Positions 46,940 through 58,500 of a DNA stretch of 64,000 bases are shown one piece after another. Position 1 is the stretch's first letter. The number at the start of each line of letters is the position of its first letter. The DNA comes from a virus (taxonomy: Duplodnaviria > Caudoviricetes). The notes under the pieces are model-generated. The model worked only from the letters and a program-made list of their open reading frames with translations. It was not told the origin of the DNA and did no database searches. A program made the translations under genes and the position numbers. The DNA is taken from the IMG/VR virus record IMGVR_UViG_3300025437_000009, one strand, 5' to 3'.

Positions 46940-48445
46940 ATGGCAGATAATCAAATAAGACGAACTGGTGCTGCTGACAGCGCAAAAGCAGATGGAAAAA
47001 CAGGTTATACAGTTGACCCGGGTCCTTATGAAGCTGTGGTTGTTAAACATGTAGTTGGGTCACGTACAGGGCAACTACAGGTTTATATACCAGACTGGGG
47101 CGGAGTACAAACTGACCCACAGAATCAAATAGTGGTAAGTTATGCTAGTCCATTTTACGGCCATACATTTGGCACAGACAGTCAGCAAACACCTAATACT
47201 CCTATGAGTGCCGGTCAAAGTTACGGTATGTGGATGGTACCGCCAGATGTTGGTAATAAAGTATTGGTTACATTTGCTGCCGGTGATAGGTCACGTGGTT
47301 ATTGGTTTGCTTGTTGTTATGACAGCACCAGTCATCATATGGTTCCAGGACTAGCACACAACATTGGTGGATCTACAGATACCAGTGTAGCTACTGACAT
47401 TGCCAGTTATCTAAACAGTAGTCAAATACTACCAGTAGTAGAATCCAGTGCTGGACAATCTTCTACTTATGGTTCTGACCCAAGTCAGGCTCCTCGTTAC
47501 CCGCACGAATTTCAGTCAATGACACTTATTTCGCAGGGTTTAGATAGAGATCCTGTGCGTGGGGCAATCAGTTCAAGTAGCCTACGCGAAGCACCCAGCA
47601 ATGTCTATGGTATTAGTACTCCTGGTCGTTCAGCAACCGCTAATCCTCAGGTTTCTGCATCATCCTCAGTTGAAGCCAGTCAAGCTGTTATAGCTCGCAA
47701 AGGTGGTCATACATTTGTTATGGATGACGGAGATAAGGATGGCAACGATCAATTGATTAGACTGCGTACCGCAGGCGGGCATCAAATCCTAATGAATGAT
47801 ACCGCAGACAAAACTGATAAAGGTAATAAAGGAGTACTATACATTGCCAGCGCATCAGGCAATCAGTGGTTAGAATTTAGTAGTGATGGCAGTATCAATA
47901 TCTACGGTGCTGCAGGATTTAATGTGCGAGCTGAAGGGGCACTTAACTTTCATAGTGATAGTGCAGTCAATATTAACAGTGGCGGTTCAGTTGCTATTCA
48001 CGGCGACATGGGAGTAAAAATTGACAGTTTAGTGTCAGTGGGAATCAGTGCCCTAGTAAGCGTATCAGTAGCCAGTGATGGCATGTTGTCACTTTCGGGT
48101 GTGGGCTCAGCTTCTCTAACCGGCGGTGTTAGCACCAAAGTCAGCAGTCTTGGACCTTGCTATGTATCTGGAACAATAGTAAATCTAAACAGCCCGTACT
48201 TACCCGTTCCACCAATTCCGGTAGTGCCTAATTTAGGGACAAGTTTGCCGGATGTTACTTGGGCAGGTACTAGTTGGACTTATACCCCGGGAGCAGTACG
48301 ATCAATATGTACAGTTGTTCCTGCACACGAACCTTGGTTGGATCCAGGTACAAACTTACGTCCTAAACCACAGTCATCAAGCGGAGCGTCACTGATAGGA
48401 GCTGCTGCTAGTATCGGGGCTGGCGCGGCTTCAAAATTAATTTGA
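46940..48445 (+). CDS. Baseplate central spike, gp5/VgrG-like OB-fold plus beta-helix
   Basis: G-LQVYIP, GMWMVPPDVG-KVLV-F, RTAGGHQILM-D, and beta-helical repeats. Confidence 0.8.
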   Translation: MADNQIRRTGAADSAKADGKTGYTVDPGPYEAVVVKHVVGSRTGQLQVYIPDWGGVQTDPQNQIVVSYASPFYGHTFGTDSQQTPNTPMSAGQSYGMWMVPPDVGNKVLVTFAAGDRSRGYWFACCYDSTSHHMVPGLAHNIGGSTDTSVATDIASYLNSSQILPVVESSAGQSSTYGSDPSQAPRYPHEFQSMTLISQGLDRDPVRGAISSSSLREAPSNVYGISTPGRSATANPQVSASSSVEASQAVIARKGGHTFVMDDGDKDGNDQLIRLRTAGGHQILMNDTADKTDKGNKGVLYIASASGNQWLEFSSDGSINIYGAAGFNVRAEGALNFHSDSAVNINSGGSVAIHGDMGVKIDSLVSVGISALVSVSVASDGMLSLSGVGSASLTGGVSTKVSSLGPCYVSGTIVNLNSPYLPVPPIPVVPNLGTSLPDVTWAGTSWTYTPGAVRSICTVVPAHEPWLDPGTNLRPKPQSSSGASLIGAAASIGAGAASKLI

Positions 48446-48453
48446 GATAACTT

Positions 48454-49116
48454 ATGGATCTAGGAATACAAGCAGCCGCAGGACAACCAATAGTAACTCC
48501 AATGCCCGTCAGTTGGCTTGGCTTACCTGCTATGCCTCCTACACCCCCAACCTGGGCCAATATTGCGGCATTGACATCTATTCAAGTACGTAACCTACAA
48601 GCACAGATAGCCTACAGTACTAGTCAGTGGAACTATGATTTAATTGGCGGTTCTAATCAATTAGGCAGATACCAATTTACCAGTCAAATTTTAGAGTCAT
48701 ACGGACTACTAGCATCTGGATCTAACACGGCCTACGGAACAGATTCGGTGAACTATCGTCACTGTTGGCAACCAACCTATATTAACAACGGAATTAATTC
48801 TTATCAAAATTATTTTTATAACGTCACAAGCCTAAACGGTTTCTTAACGGGCACGATTGCTCAAGAGCACCTAGCATATCAACGCTTGGTGGATATTTAC
48901 ATAACTAGTTTGGATATTGGTTCAATACAGCCCGGTGACCCTTCAGAAGTTGTTGCTGGTATGATTTATGTGGGGTGGACACTGAGTGTGGGTACAGGCC
49001 CAACTATTGCTAGCCCGCAGGGCACTGGCGCTTGGGCATGGCGTTACAATAACGTAGGTTCTGGTGCAACCAGCTACAATCAAGGTCGTTATAGTGTGGC
49101 AGTCCTAAGCGCATAA
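48454..49116 (+). CDS. Baseplate-associated protein, possibly lysozyme-like
   Basis: LGRYQF motif, in position after the spike gene. Confidence 0.4.
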   Translation: MDLGIQAAAGQPIVTPMPVSWLGLPAMPPTPPTWANIAALTSIQVRNLQAQIAYSTSQWNYDLIGGSNQLGRYQFTSQILESYGLLASGSNTAYGTDSVNYRHCWQPTYINNGINSYQNYFYNVTSLNGFLTGTIAQEHLAYQRLVDIYITSLDIGSIQPGDPSEVVAGMIYVGWTLSVGTGPTIASPQGTGAWAWRYNNVGSGATSYNQGRYSVAVLSA

Positions 49117-49124
49117 ATATTATC

Positions 49125-49499
49125 ATGACAGTATATCGCGGATTTAGTACCCTAGTTAATAAGAAAAAATTTAGCCTAACGGATTACGCCCTGGCTAAAC
49201 AAGATCTTATGAACTATTTTCAAATTCGCAAGGGCAGTAAACTAATGCAACCTTCCTTTGGTACAGTAATTTGGGAACAGTTGTTTGAGCCCCTGAATGA
49301 AACTACTCGTGATATCATTACCGGCGACATTAAAAAAATTGTTGCATATGATCCTCGTTTACGAGTCAATCAAATCAATGTTACAGAACAAACTAACGGC
49401 ATTCAAATACAGCTGAGTTTAACTTATATCCCGTCAAATCAAGCAGAAACGATACTGTTAAACTTCGACAAAGCATCAACTACACTAACCACAAATTAA
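49125..49499 (+). CDS. gp25: Baseplate wedge subunit, gp25-like
   Basis: YRGFS, KQDL-N-F--RKG-KLM-P-FG--IW--LFEP, I--DPR. Confidence 0.9.
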   Translation: MTVYRGFSTLVNKKKFSLTDYALAKQDLMNYFQIRKGSKLMQPSFGTVIWEQLFEPLNETTRDIITGDIKKIVAYDPRLRVNQINVTEQTNGIQIQLSLTYIPSNQAETILLNFDKASTTLTTN

Positions 49500-49549
49500 C
49501 TGCGCATATTATTCCGACCGATAAATATACAATATAGGTTAGAAATAAT

Positions 49550-52500
49550 ATGGCACAAACAACCCGTCAATCAAATCTTTTAGTAAATCAGGACTGGACT
49601 AAGGTCTATCAATCGTTTACTAATGCGGACTTCACCAGTTACGATTTTGAAACACTTCGTAACTCAATGATTAACTATCTCCAAACGTACTATCCAGAGT
49701 CGTTTAACGATTTCTTAGAATCCAGTGAATATCTAGCTCTAATAGATATGGTTGCATTCCTGGGGCAGAGTTTAAGTTTCCGTACAGATTTAAATGCACG
49801 TGAAAATTTCATTGATACAGCTCAACGTCGTGACAGTATCCTAAAACTAGCCCGCATGCTGAGTTATAATCCCACAAGAACAATCAGTGCCAGTGGATTA
49901 TTAAAATTTGATGCTATCAGCACATCGCAGGCAATTACTGACAGCAACGGAATTAATCTAGCCAATACCACAGTATATTGGAACGACATCACTAACGATA
50001 ATTGGTTAGAACAGTTTACTGCGATACTTAATGCCGCACTGATCACAAATCAAGCAGTTGGCAAACCAGGAAACAGTCAAGTAATCAACGGAATTCAAAC
50101 TGACGAATATACTGTAAATTTAAATCCCAATAGTTTGCCTGTAGCACCGTTCTCAGTTAACATCCAAACTACACCAACACGTTTTGAAGCAGTCAGCGCA
50201 ACTACGCTGGGTCAAACATATATCTATGAACGTGACCCAACCATGACTGGGTTTAACATTCTTTATCAAAATGACAACAATGGTAATGGCAGTAACAACA
50301 CTGGTTTCTTCCTGTATTTTAAACAGGGATCACTACAGAGCACAAACTTTACTATTCAAAATGCTATACCAAATAATTATGTGCCCGTTACTACAAATAA
50401 CATTAACAACACTGATGGATGGCTATACAGTTTAAATGTAAACAATAGTGTGCAGACCTTATGGACACAGGTTCCAGCACTACCCGGTATCAACGTGATT
50501 TACAATCAATTGACTAACAAAAATCTATATCAGGTTAATACATTAAACAATGACCAAGTTAATCTAGTATTTGGTGATGGTTCATTTGCAAACATTCCAC
50601 AGGGTGCATTTAGATATTATTTCCGTACCAGCAACGGCCTCGCTTATACAATTACTCCCGATGATCTAGCTCGAGTAAACATTGCTATTCCTTATGTTGA
50701 TCTACACGGAGTAACTCAAACTTTAACTATCACAGCCAGCTTAAAGTATACTGTAACCAATGCGTCGGCCACACAAAGTTTAGCTAGCATTAAGACCTAC
50801 GCACCACAAAATTACTACACACAAAATCGTATGATAACATCGGAAGATTATCAAATCTTCCCACTGACAAACTTTACTAGTATTCAAAAGATCAAAGCCG
50901 TAAACCGTTTAAGTTCAGGTGTGAGTCTGTATCTTGATACTCTGGATCCAACTGGCAGTTTTAGTTCAACTAATATTTTTGGCGATGACGGCATACTGTC
51001 AGCAAACTCAACAGTTGGTAGTACAACTTTTAGTTTTTTAACTACTAGCGATGTTTACAAAGCAATTTATAATGATATTATTCCAATCATTTCAAGTAAC
51101 GGAATCAGTAACTATTACTACGCTAACTATCCTAGACTAACACCAACACACAGCAACGTAACTTGGGTACAGACTGGAAATACAACCTCTAGTAGCTATG
51201 GTAATTTAACTTATAATGGCAACGTAATCAATGTTGGCCCTGTGGCCAGCGGCAATTTGAAATATGTTACAGCAGGAGCAAGTGTACAGTTTTTAACTAA
51301 TGCCTTTGCTAATGCTACAACATTCTACAGTTCTGTTACTAATACTGTGGGAAATAGTCAAACCTACTTTGGTATGGTTGTTCCCACCGGATCCGTAGTA
51401 AAAACAATTATTCCTAAACTCAGCAATGCCTTAACCAGTAATGTGATCAGTACTATTGCTACTCAGATTCAATCAAATGTTAATTTTGGACTGACTTACG
51501 ATCAAACTAATCAGATATGGGTAAACATTCCTCCAAGCCAAATTGGTTCAAGTACTAATTGGCTATTAAAATTTACGTATACTGCTGGACTGTATAACAT
51601 TCAATATCAAAATTTACGATATATATTTGGTAGTGCGGGCCAAACACAGTTTTACTTTGATCCGACAGTCAAAGTCTACGACAGCGTGATTGGCAGTAGC
51701 ATCAGTGATATTATTAAAATTCTAAACATTAACACAAAACCAGGAAACGTTACTCCTCTGGGCACTGACATAACTTGGAATATTACCGACGTTATAACAG
51801 AAACTGACGGTTACGTAGACCCTACCAGTGTTATAGTTGCTTTCCCTCAAACACAGTTAACTGGTGTACCGGATAATCCAGATTTATATACTACAGTGGC
51901 TAATGTTGCAACCAGCCGAAATAATTTATATTTCCAATACAAACACAATAGTCCTGGCAACAATCGAATCGATCCTACCAGTGTTAATTTAATTGACATG
52001 TATATCTTAACAGCCGACTATGCAACATCATACATAAATTGGCTACAAGATTTGACCGGCACAGTCAAAGAACCAACTCCACCTACTTCAAGTAGTTTAG
52101 AAATTGCCTACAGCACATTAGATAATTTTAAAACTGTCAGCGATTCATTAATTTTTAATCCTGCACAATTTAAACCATTATTTGGCGCCAAAGCAGATTC
52201 AAGCCTACAAGCAAGATTTAAAGTAGTTATTAATCCTGCTGTGAGCATTACTGCTAATGAAGTTAAGAGTCAGGTAATTGCTGCGATCAATGACTATTTC
52301 AATGTCAACAATTGGGACTTTGGTGAAACATTTTATTTCTCTGAATTAGCCGCATACCTACATACAACGCTAGTTCCTAATATTGCCAGCGTATTAATTG
52401 TACCAACAAATGATAGTCTAGTATTTGGTAACTATTTCCAAATTAACGCTGAGCCATGGGAAATTATTACTTCAGCAGCAACAGTAGCCGATGTGGATAT

Positions 52501-52561
52501 TATTAGTGCTGTGACTGCAGCAGAACTTAATCTTGGAAATACTTTAGTAGGTACATATTAA
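49550..52561 (+). CDS. gp6: Baseplate wedge subunit, gp6-like
   Basis: DFTSYDFETLR, ND--ESSE--ALID--A, ENFIDTAQRRDSI--LA--L-YNP, FGDG, APQ-Y-TQNRM-T--DY. Confidence 0.9.
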   Translation: MAQTTRQSNLLVNQDWTKVYQSFTNADFTSYDFETLRNSMINYLQTYYPESFNDFLESSEYLALIDMVAFLGQSLSFRTDLNARENFIDTAQRRDSILKLARMLSYNPTRTISASGLLKFDAISTSQAITDSNGINLANTTVYWNDITNDNWLEQFTAILNAALITNQAVGKPGNSQVINGIQTDEYTVNLNPNSLPVAPFSVNIQTTPTRFEAVSATTLGQTYIYERDPTMTGFNILYQNDNNGNGSNNTGFFLYFKQGSLQSTNFTIQNAIPNNYVPVTTNNINNTDGWLYSLNVNNSVQTLWTQVPALPGINVIYNQLTNKNLYQVNTLNNDQVNLVFGDGSFANIPQGAFRYYFRTSNGLAYTITPDDLARVNIAIPYVDLHGVTQTLTITASLKYTVTNASATQSLASIKTYAPQNYYTQNRMITSEDYQIFPLTNFTSIQKIKAVNRLSSGVSLYLDTLDPTGSFSSTNIFGDDGILSANSTVGSTTFSFLTTSDVYKAIYNDIIPIISSNGISNYYYANYPRLTPTHSNVTWVQTGNTTSSSYGNLTYNGNVINVGPVASGNLKYVTAGASVQFLTNAFANATTFYSSVTNTVGNSQTYFGMVVPTGSVVKTIIPKLSNALTSNVISTIATQIQSNVNFGLTYDQTNQIWVNIPPSQIGSSTNWLLKFTYTAGLYNIQYQNLRYIFGSAGQTQFYFDPTVKVYDSVIGSSISDIIKILNINTKPGNVTPLGTDITWNITDVITETDGYVDPTSVIVAFPQTQLTGVPDNPDLYTTVANVATSRNNLYFQYKHNSPGNNRIDPTSVNLIDMYILTADYATSYINWLQDLTGTVKEPTPPTSSSLEIAYSTLDNFKTVSDSLIFNPAQFKPLFGAKADSSLQARFKVVINPAVSITANEVKSQVIAAINDYFNVNNWDFGETFYFSELAAYLHTTLVPNIASVLIVPTNDSLVFGNYFQINAEPWEIITSAATVADVDIISAVTAAELNLGNTLVGTY

Positions 52562-55500
52562 TGCCTTTAATTAATACAATCAATTTTTTACCTAGTCCTT
52601 TTAGAACAACCACCAATCAACGATTCCTCGGTGCGACTCTTGATCAACTGACCATTGATGCATTTAATATTCCAGTCAATGGATATATTGGTCGTACCTT
52701 TGCACCAACATATAAATTGGGTGACAACTACGTCGCTGAAACAACTAGCTTACGTCAAAATTATCAACTTGAGCCAAGCGTTGTGGTAAAAGATGCAAAT
52801 CAAAATGTGGTATTAAACAGCACCTTCCAAGATTTCCTGCAAAATATTTCAGTCGCTGGCGGATTTGCAAACAACCAACAAAGATTGTTTACATCAGAAT
52901 ACTATAATTTTGATGGGCATTTTGACTACGATAAATTTGTAAACTATAATAATTATTATTGGATCCCAGGCGGTCCAGATGCAGTTTCTGTTTCTGCTGG
53001 TTCAACTCCTTATCTAGCAACCTACACAGTTACTAGAAATACATCAGTCAACGGATACACATTTAGCGGACTTGGTCCAAACCCTGATATCCAAATTACT
53101 TTGGCACGTGGGGGTACTTACACATTTAATGTCAATCAACCTGGATTCAATTTCTGGATACAGACTAAACCTGGCACCAGTGGTGTTGACCCTAATATTA
53201 GTACAGTTAGTACACGTCAAATATTTGGTGTACAAAATAATGGAACCGATAATGGTCAAATTATTTTTAATGTACCAAAAGCATCTGCACAAGACTTTTA
53301 TACAGAGATGCCAATTGCCGCTACAGTTAATGCCGCAGTGACCTTTAATTACACCGACATACAAAATCAACTGTTAAGTACGTTTTTGAAAAACTTTCCA
53401 GATGGCCTAGATGGTGTTACTAATCAATTACAAAACAAAACATTTATTTTCATCAATAATCAAACAGATCCAGCGTACTGGACGACTCCGGCTATACCTG
53501 ATGCATTTACTGGCGTTAATACCAGCCCTATTGCTGCTGGATCAGTTATTACTGGTGTTGCTCTTACTAACACATGGAAAATCAATCTGGTACCTAGCGG
53601 TAACGATTACCTAATTCAAGTTCAGCCTGACAGTACAGTTGCAGTACAACAACGAGTGTTTGTCGATTCAGGAAAAACTTATGCATCTACTCAATTTTGG
53701 TTAAACACAAACTATCAATATTTGGCTGTGCCTGTTGTTACTGCTGCGGCTGATTACTTGTATTATCAGGACAGCGCAAATCCAGATTTTGTTGGACAAA
53801 TTAAAATAGTTGACAATACTACTGTTCCTATTAACATCACTTCGGATATCATTGGGCAAAAATACTACACCAGTCCGAACGGAGTAGTTTTTACTAACGG
53901 ATTAAAAATTCAACTTGACAGTTTAGTAGTGCCTGCCAGCTATGCTAATAACCAATACTATGTAGAAGGTGTTGGTACAAGCATCCAATTGGTTCCTGTA
54001 GCACAACTAGTAGTACCAGAATCATTTGGCACAGAGATTTTAACTACAGCCGATTATATTACTATTAATCGTGCCAGCCAAGATCGAAATGCATGGAGCC
54101 GAACAAATAGTTGGTTCCACGTGGATGTATTAAATGCTGTATCAAAATACAATCAAACTCCTGTTAACTATGGTCCTAATATTCCTGGTCGCCGTGCTAT
54201 CATAGAATTTGAACCTAACCTACAGTTATTTAATTTTGGTCGTCAAGCCAAGGCAAACGTTGATTTAATTACGTTTGATTCAACTGATGCTTTTGTGAAC
54301 ATTGAGGGTCAAGAAAGTTATACTTTAGACGGTACACCACTAGTAAAAGGCATGCGTGTTATTTTTGCTAACGACTACGATACTACTGTCAGTAATGAAA
54401 TATGGCAAGTTGATTTTGAAGTGGTTGATAGTGTGACAGGTAATCCTTATCTAAGATTAATACCTACCAGTGATGATCCAGTAGTAACTGGCGAAAACGT
54501 ACTAGTAACACAAGGTGCCAACAGTGGAAAAACTTATTGGTTCGATGGAACCAATTGGCACGAATGTCAAGAAAAAACAGCTCTTAATCAAGAACCCTTG
54601 TTTGATTTAATAGATACTAATGGATATAGTTTTAGTGACTCTACTGTATATCCATCAAGCACGTTTACTGGAACTAAAATCTTTGGCTATGCTCATGGCA
54701 CAGGAACTAATGATTCTGTATTGGGCTTTCCTTTAACATATCAAAATTTTAACAACGTTGGTGATATAGTTTTTAATAATTTTTACGATACAGGCACATT
54801 TACCTATAACAACAGCGGTACAGTAGAAACTGTAGCATGTGATTCGGGCTATATCCAAAAAAATATAGATCTAACCGCAACCACTAAGTTAACTAATTGG
54901 ACCACAGGAGTTCAACCTACTGAGCAATATCAAGTTATTACTAAATTCTTTGATGGATATGTTGCTGAAATTAATGGTGTTAACTATGCGTTTGTGCAAA
55001 TTGATGTTCTGCCAGAATCATCAACTAATATCCCTTATGTTAAAGTTTTCTTAAACAACACACTATTAAATCCTAACACCGACTATCAAATAGTTAACTA
55101 TGGAATTTATTATGTTGTTACACTAAACACCATGCCTGCTTCAGGTGACAAGATTGATGTCGCAATTTTTAGTTCAGCCACAAGTACATTTGGTTACTAC
55201 GAAGTTCCAGAGAATCTTGACTTTAATCCATTAAACGAAACATTTACAACTATTACACTTGGGCAATTACGCACACACTATAATAAATTAATTGAAAATA
55301 CATCGATTAGTGCAACAGAATCTATACCCCATCAAGATCAATATTTAAAAGCACAAGGCGGCACAATACTACAACAAAGTAGTCCCTTAGTGTATGGCAT
55401 GACATTCTTGTCGGACCCTGTAGTTAATTATATCAAAGGTATAACTCTTGCACGTAAAGAATATCAAAGATTTAAAAATAAATTTTTGAGCCTGTGTGCT

Positions 55501-58500
55501 ACTCTACAGGGATTGGATTACAATGATCCGGCTGCTGGCGTAGACGCAATTTTATCCAACATTAATGCTGTTAAGAACAACACGTTCCCTTGGTACTACA
55601 GTGATATGGTTCCACAAGGTAACAATTATACTACCACAACATACACAGTATTAAATGCACGCCAAACTGCTTATGAAATCAACAGTATTTTTGATGTTAC
55701 TAAATTAAGTAATCGAGCAGTATTGGTCTATTTAAATGGCAAGCAACTAGTAGCCAATCATATTGATTTCTACTATGACTCGGTTAGCCCGTCGGTAGTA
55801 ATACTAGTGCCACTTAAAGTGGGAGACGTAATAACCATTAGAGATTATTCAAATACTGATGGAAATTATGTACCAGAAACTCCAACTAAGCTGGGACTAT
55901 ATCAAGAGTTTATTCCTTCTATCTACACTGACGATACTTATGTAACAACGACTCAAGTAATACTTGGCCATGATGGCAGTATTACTCCTGCATTTGGTGA
56001 TTTCCGTGATCAGTATCTATTAGAACTTGAAAAACGTATCTACAATACTCTTAAAACAGATTACAACACCTTAAATGTTTTAAATTTATATGATACTGTT
56101 CCTGGTAGATTCCGCACAACTGACTACAGCTTGTCGGAGTGGAATCAATTAATAACCAAGAATTTCCTACAGTGGGTTGGTAGTAACAGCGTTGACTATA
56201 CCACTAACAGCACTTATAATCAAGGAAATCCGTGGACATGGAACTACAGTCAATTCCCTGACTCAGTTGATGGAAGTTATTTACAAGGTTCTTGGCGTGC
56301 GGTTTACAAATACTGGTTTGACACAGATCAACCACATTTATCTCCTTGGGAAATGCTGGGCTTTAGTCAACAACCAACCTGGTGGTCAACTCGATATGGT
56401 CCTGCACCTTATACAAACGGTAACACAACATTATGGGAAGACCTTGAAACAGGATACATCTGGAACGGTAGTAACACAACCGCTTACAATGACACACGTT
56501 TTGCACGGCCTGGACTCAGTGGCACCCTAACTGGTACTCGAGGATTTATTCCAGTAGACTCTGCTGGCAACTTATTAGATCCTACTCGAATTGGCATTAT
56601 TGGAATATTAAATAGCAGTTCTGCAGGCAATAGTTGGCAAGTAGGAGAACAAGGTCCTGTAGAAACAGCCTGGCGCAGAAGTAGCGATTATCCTTATGCT
56701 ATACAACAAGCATTAGCACTGGCACGTCCGGCAGAATACTTTAGCACACAAATTGATCTCAGCAGATTTTACAAAAATTCAGTGACCGGACAATTTTCTA
56801 ATTCAGTTAATCAAAAAATTACTCCAAGTCTATTGACAGTTAACGGAGATACCGTTACTAAACCTGGTACAGTATTGCGAACAGCGGGCTATCTCAACTG
56901 GATCAGTGATTATGTTAAAAATCTTGGAATAGATCCTGTTGCTAAAATAGAAAGTTATTTTAGTAATTTTAATGTACAGCTTGCGTATCGTGTTGCCGGA
57001 TTCACTGATCAAAATTTAATTACAGTTTCAGCAGAACAAACTAGTCCTGGCAGTACCAATGCGTCAATTATCATACCTAACGAAAATTTTAATATCTATG
57101 TTGGCGATCCAATGCCTTCCTCTGTTGTTACCTATAGCGGAGTGGTTGTAACACGAACTGCTACAGGGTACAGCGTTGCAGGATACGATACTACCTATCC
57201 GTTCTTTACTATTTTACCAAGTATTGTTAATAGTAAATCGTCAACAGTTAAATCAAACAACTTGACTGCTACCATATATCAAGATGGCGCTACTACGACA
57301 ATGGCAATTCCATATGGAACTACATTTTCAACAGTACAACAAGTAGCAGATTTCTTAGTTAGTTATCAACGCTACTTAACAAAACAAGGTTTTGTATTTG
57401 ATCAATTTGATTCAGATTTATCAATGACTCGTGACTGGACTTTAAGTGTACAAGAGTTTTTATACTGGGTTCAACAAAATTGGTCAGTGGGTACAGTAAT
57501 TGTTTTAAATCCTGTGTTTGATACACTGAAATTCCAAGCCAATGGATCAGTGGTTGGTGAAATTACAAATCTGCCAAACGACAGTCGATTGCTAGACACA
57601 AACTTTGCACCAATTAAGAGTAACAATTTTGATATACTTAGACAGGATACACCTTTTGGCAATGCATTTCAAATTAATACACTCAATGGCCTAACAGGCA
57701 TTGGCTTTGCACAGTTAAATTTAATTCAGTTTGAAACAACACTAATATTTGACAACGTTGATAATTTTGGCGATATCATTTATGTACCAAGTCAAGGCAC
57801 TCGACAATATCGATTAAAATTATCTGGTGCTAAAACAGGCCTATGGGACGGTTCGATAAGTGCAACCGGCTACATTTACAGTAACCCACAGATCAAAAAC
57901 TGGCAACCAGGCACAGATTATCGTCAAGGTGATATAGTCCTGTATAATAACAACTACTATACTGCACCAAACGACATTGTGGCTAGCCAACAATTTTCAT
58001 TGACATCTTGGACACAGATCAGCGCATCGGATATTCAAACAGGTCTCCTACCTAGTTTTGGACACAATGCACAGGTATTTCAAAATATCTACGACGTAGA
58101 TAATCCTCCGCAGGATAAAAACTTCCAAACATTCAGCGCAGGCCTAATAGGTTTCCGCGATCGACCATTCTTGGGCAATTTGGGATTGAGTATTCCAACA
58201 CAAACAAAATTCTATCAAGGATATATCAAACAAAAAGGCACACAGAATGCAATAACTTCTTTGACTAAAGCCACATTTGATAATTTAAAGAGTACTATCA
58301 GTACCTATGAAGAATGGGCGTTCCAAGTCGGTCAATACGGAGATATTACTAGCAATCAGTACACAGAATTTGTATTAGACCAAAGTGTGTTCTTAACTAA
58401 TCCTGTGGCATTCACCGCTTATAATTCTTACAATGCTGGAAATATTATTGTTAACCTTGCGGTAACTGGTAACACTACAACATCTAACGTCTATAATGCA

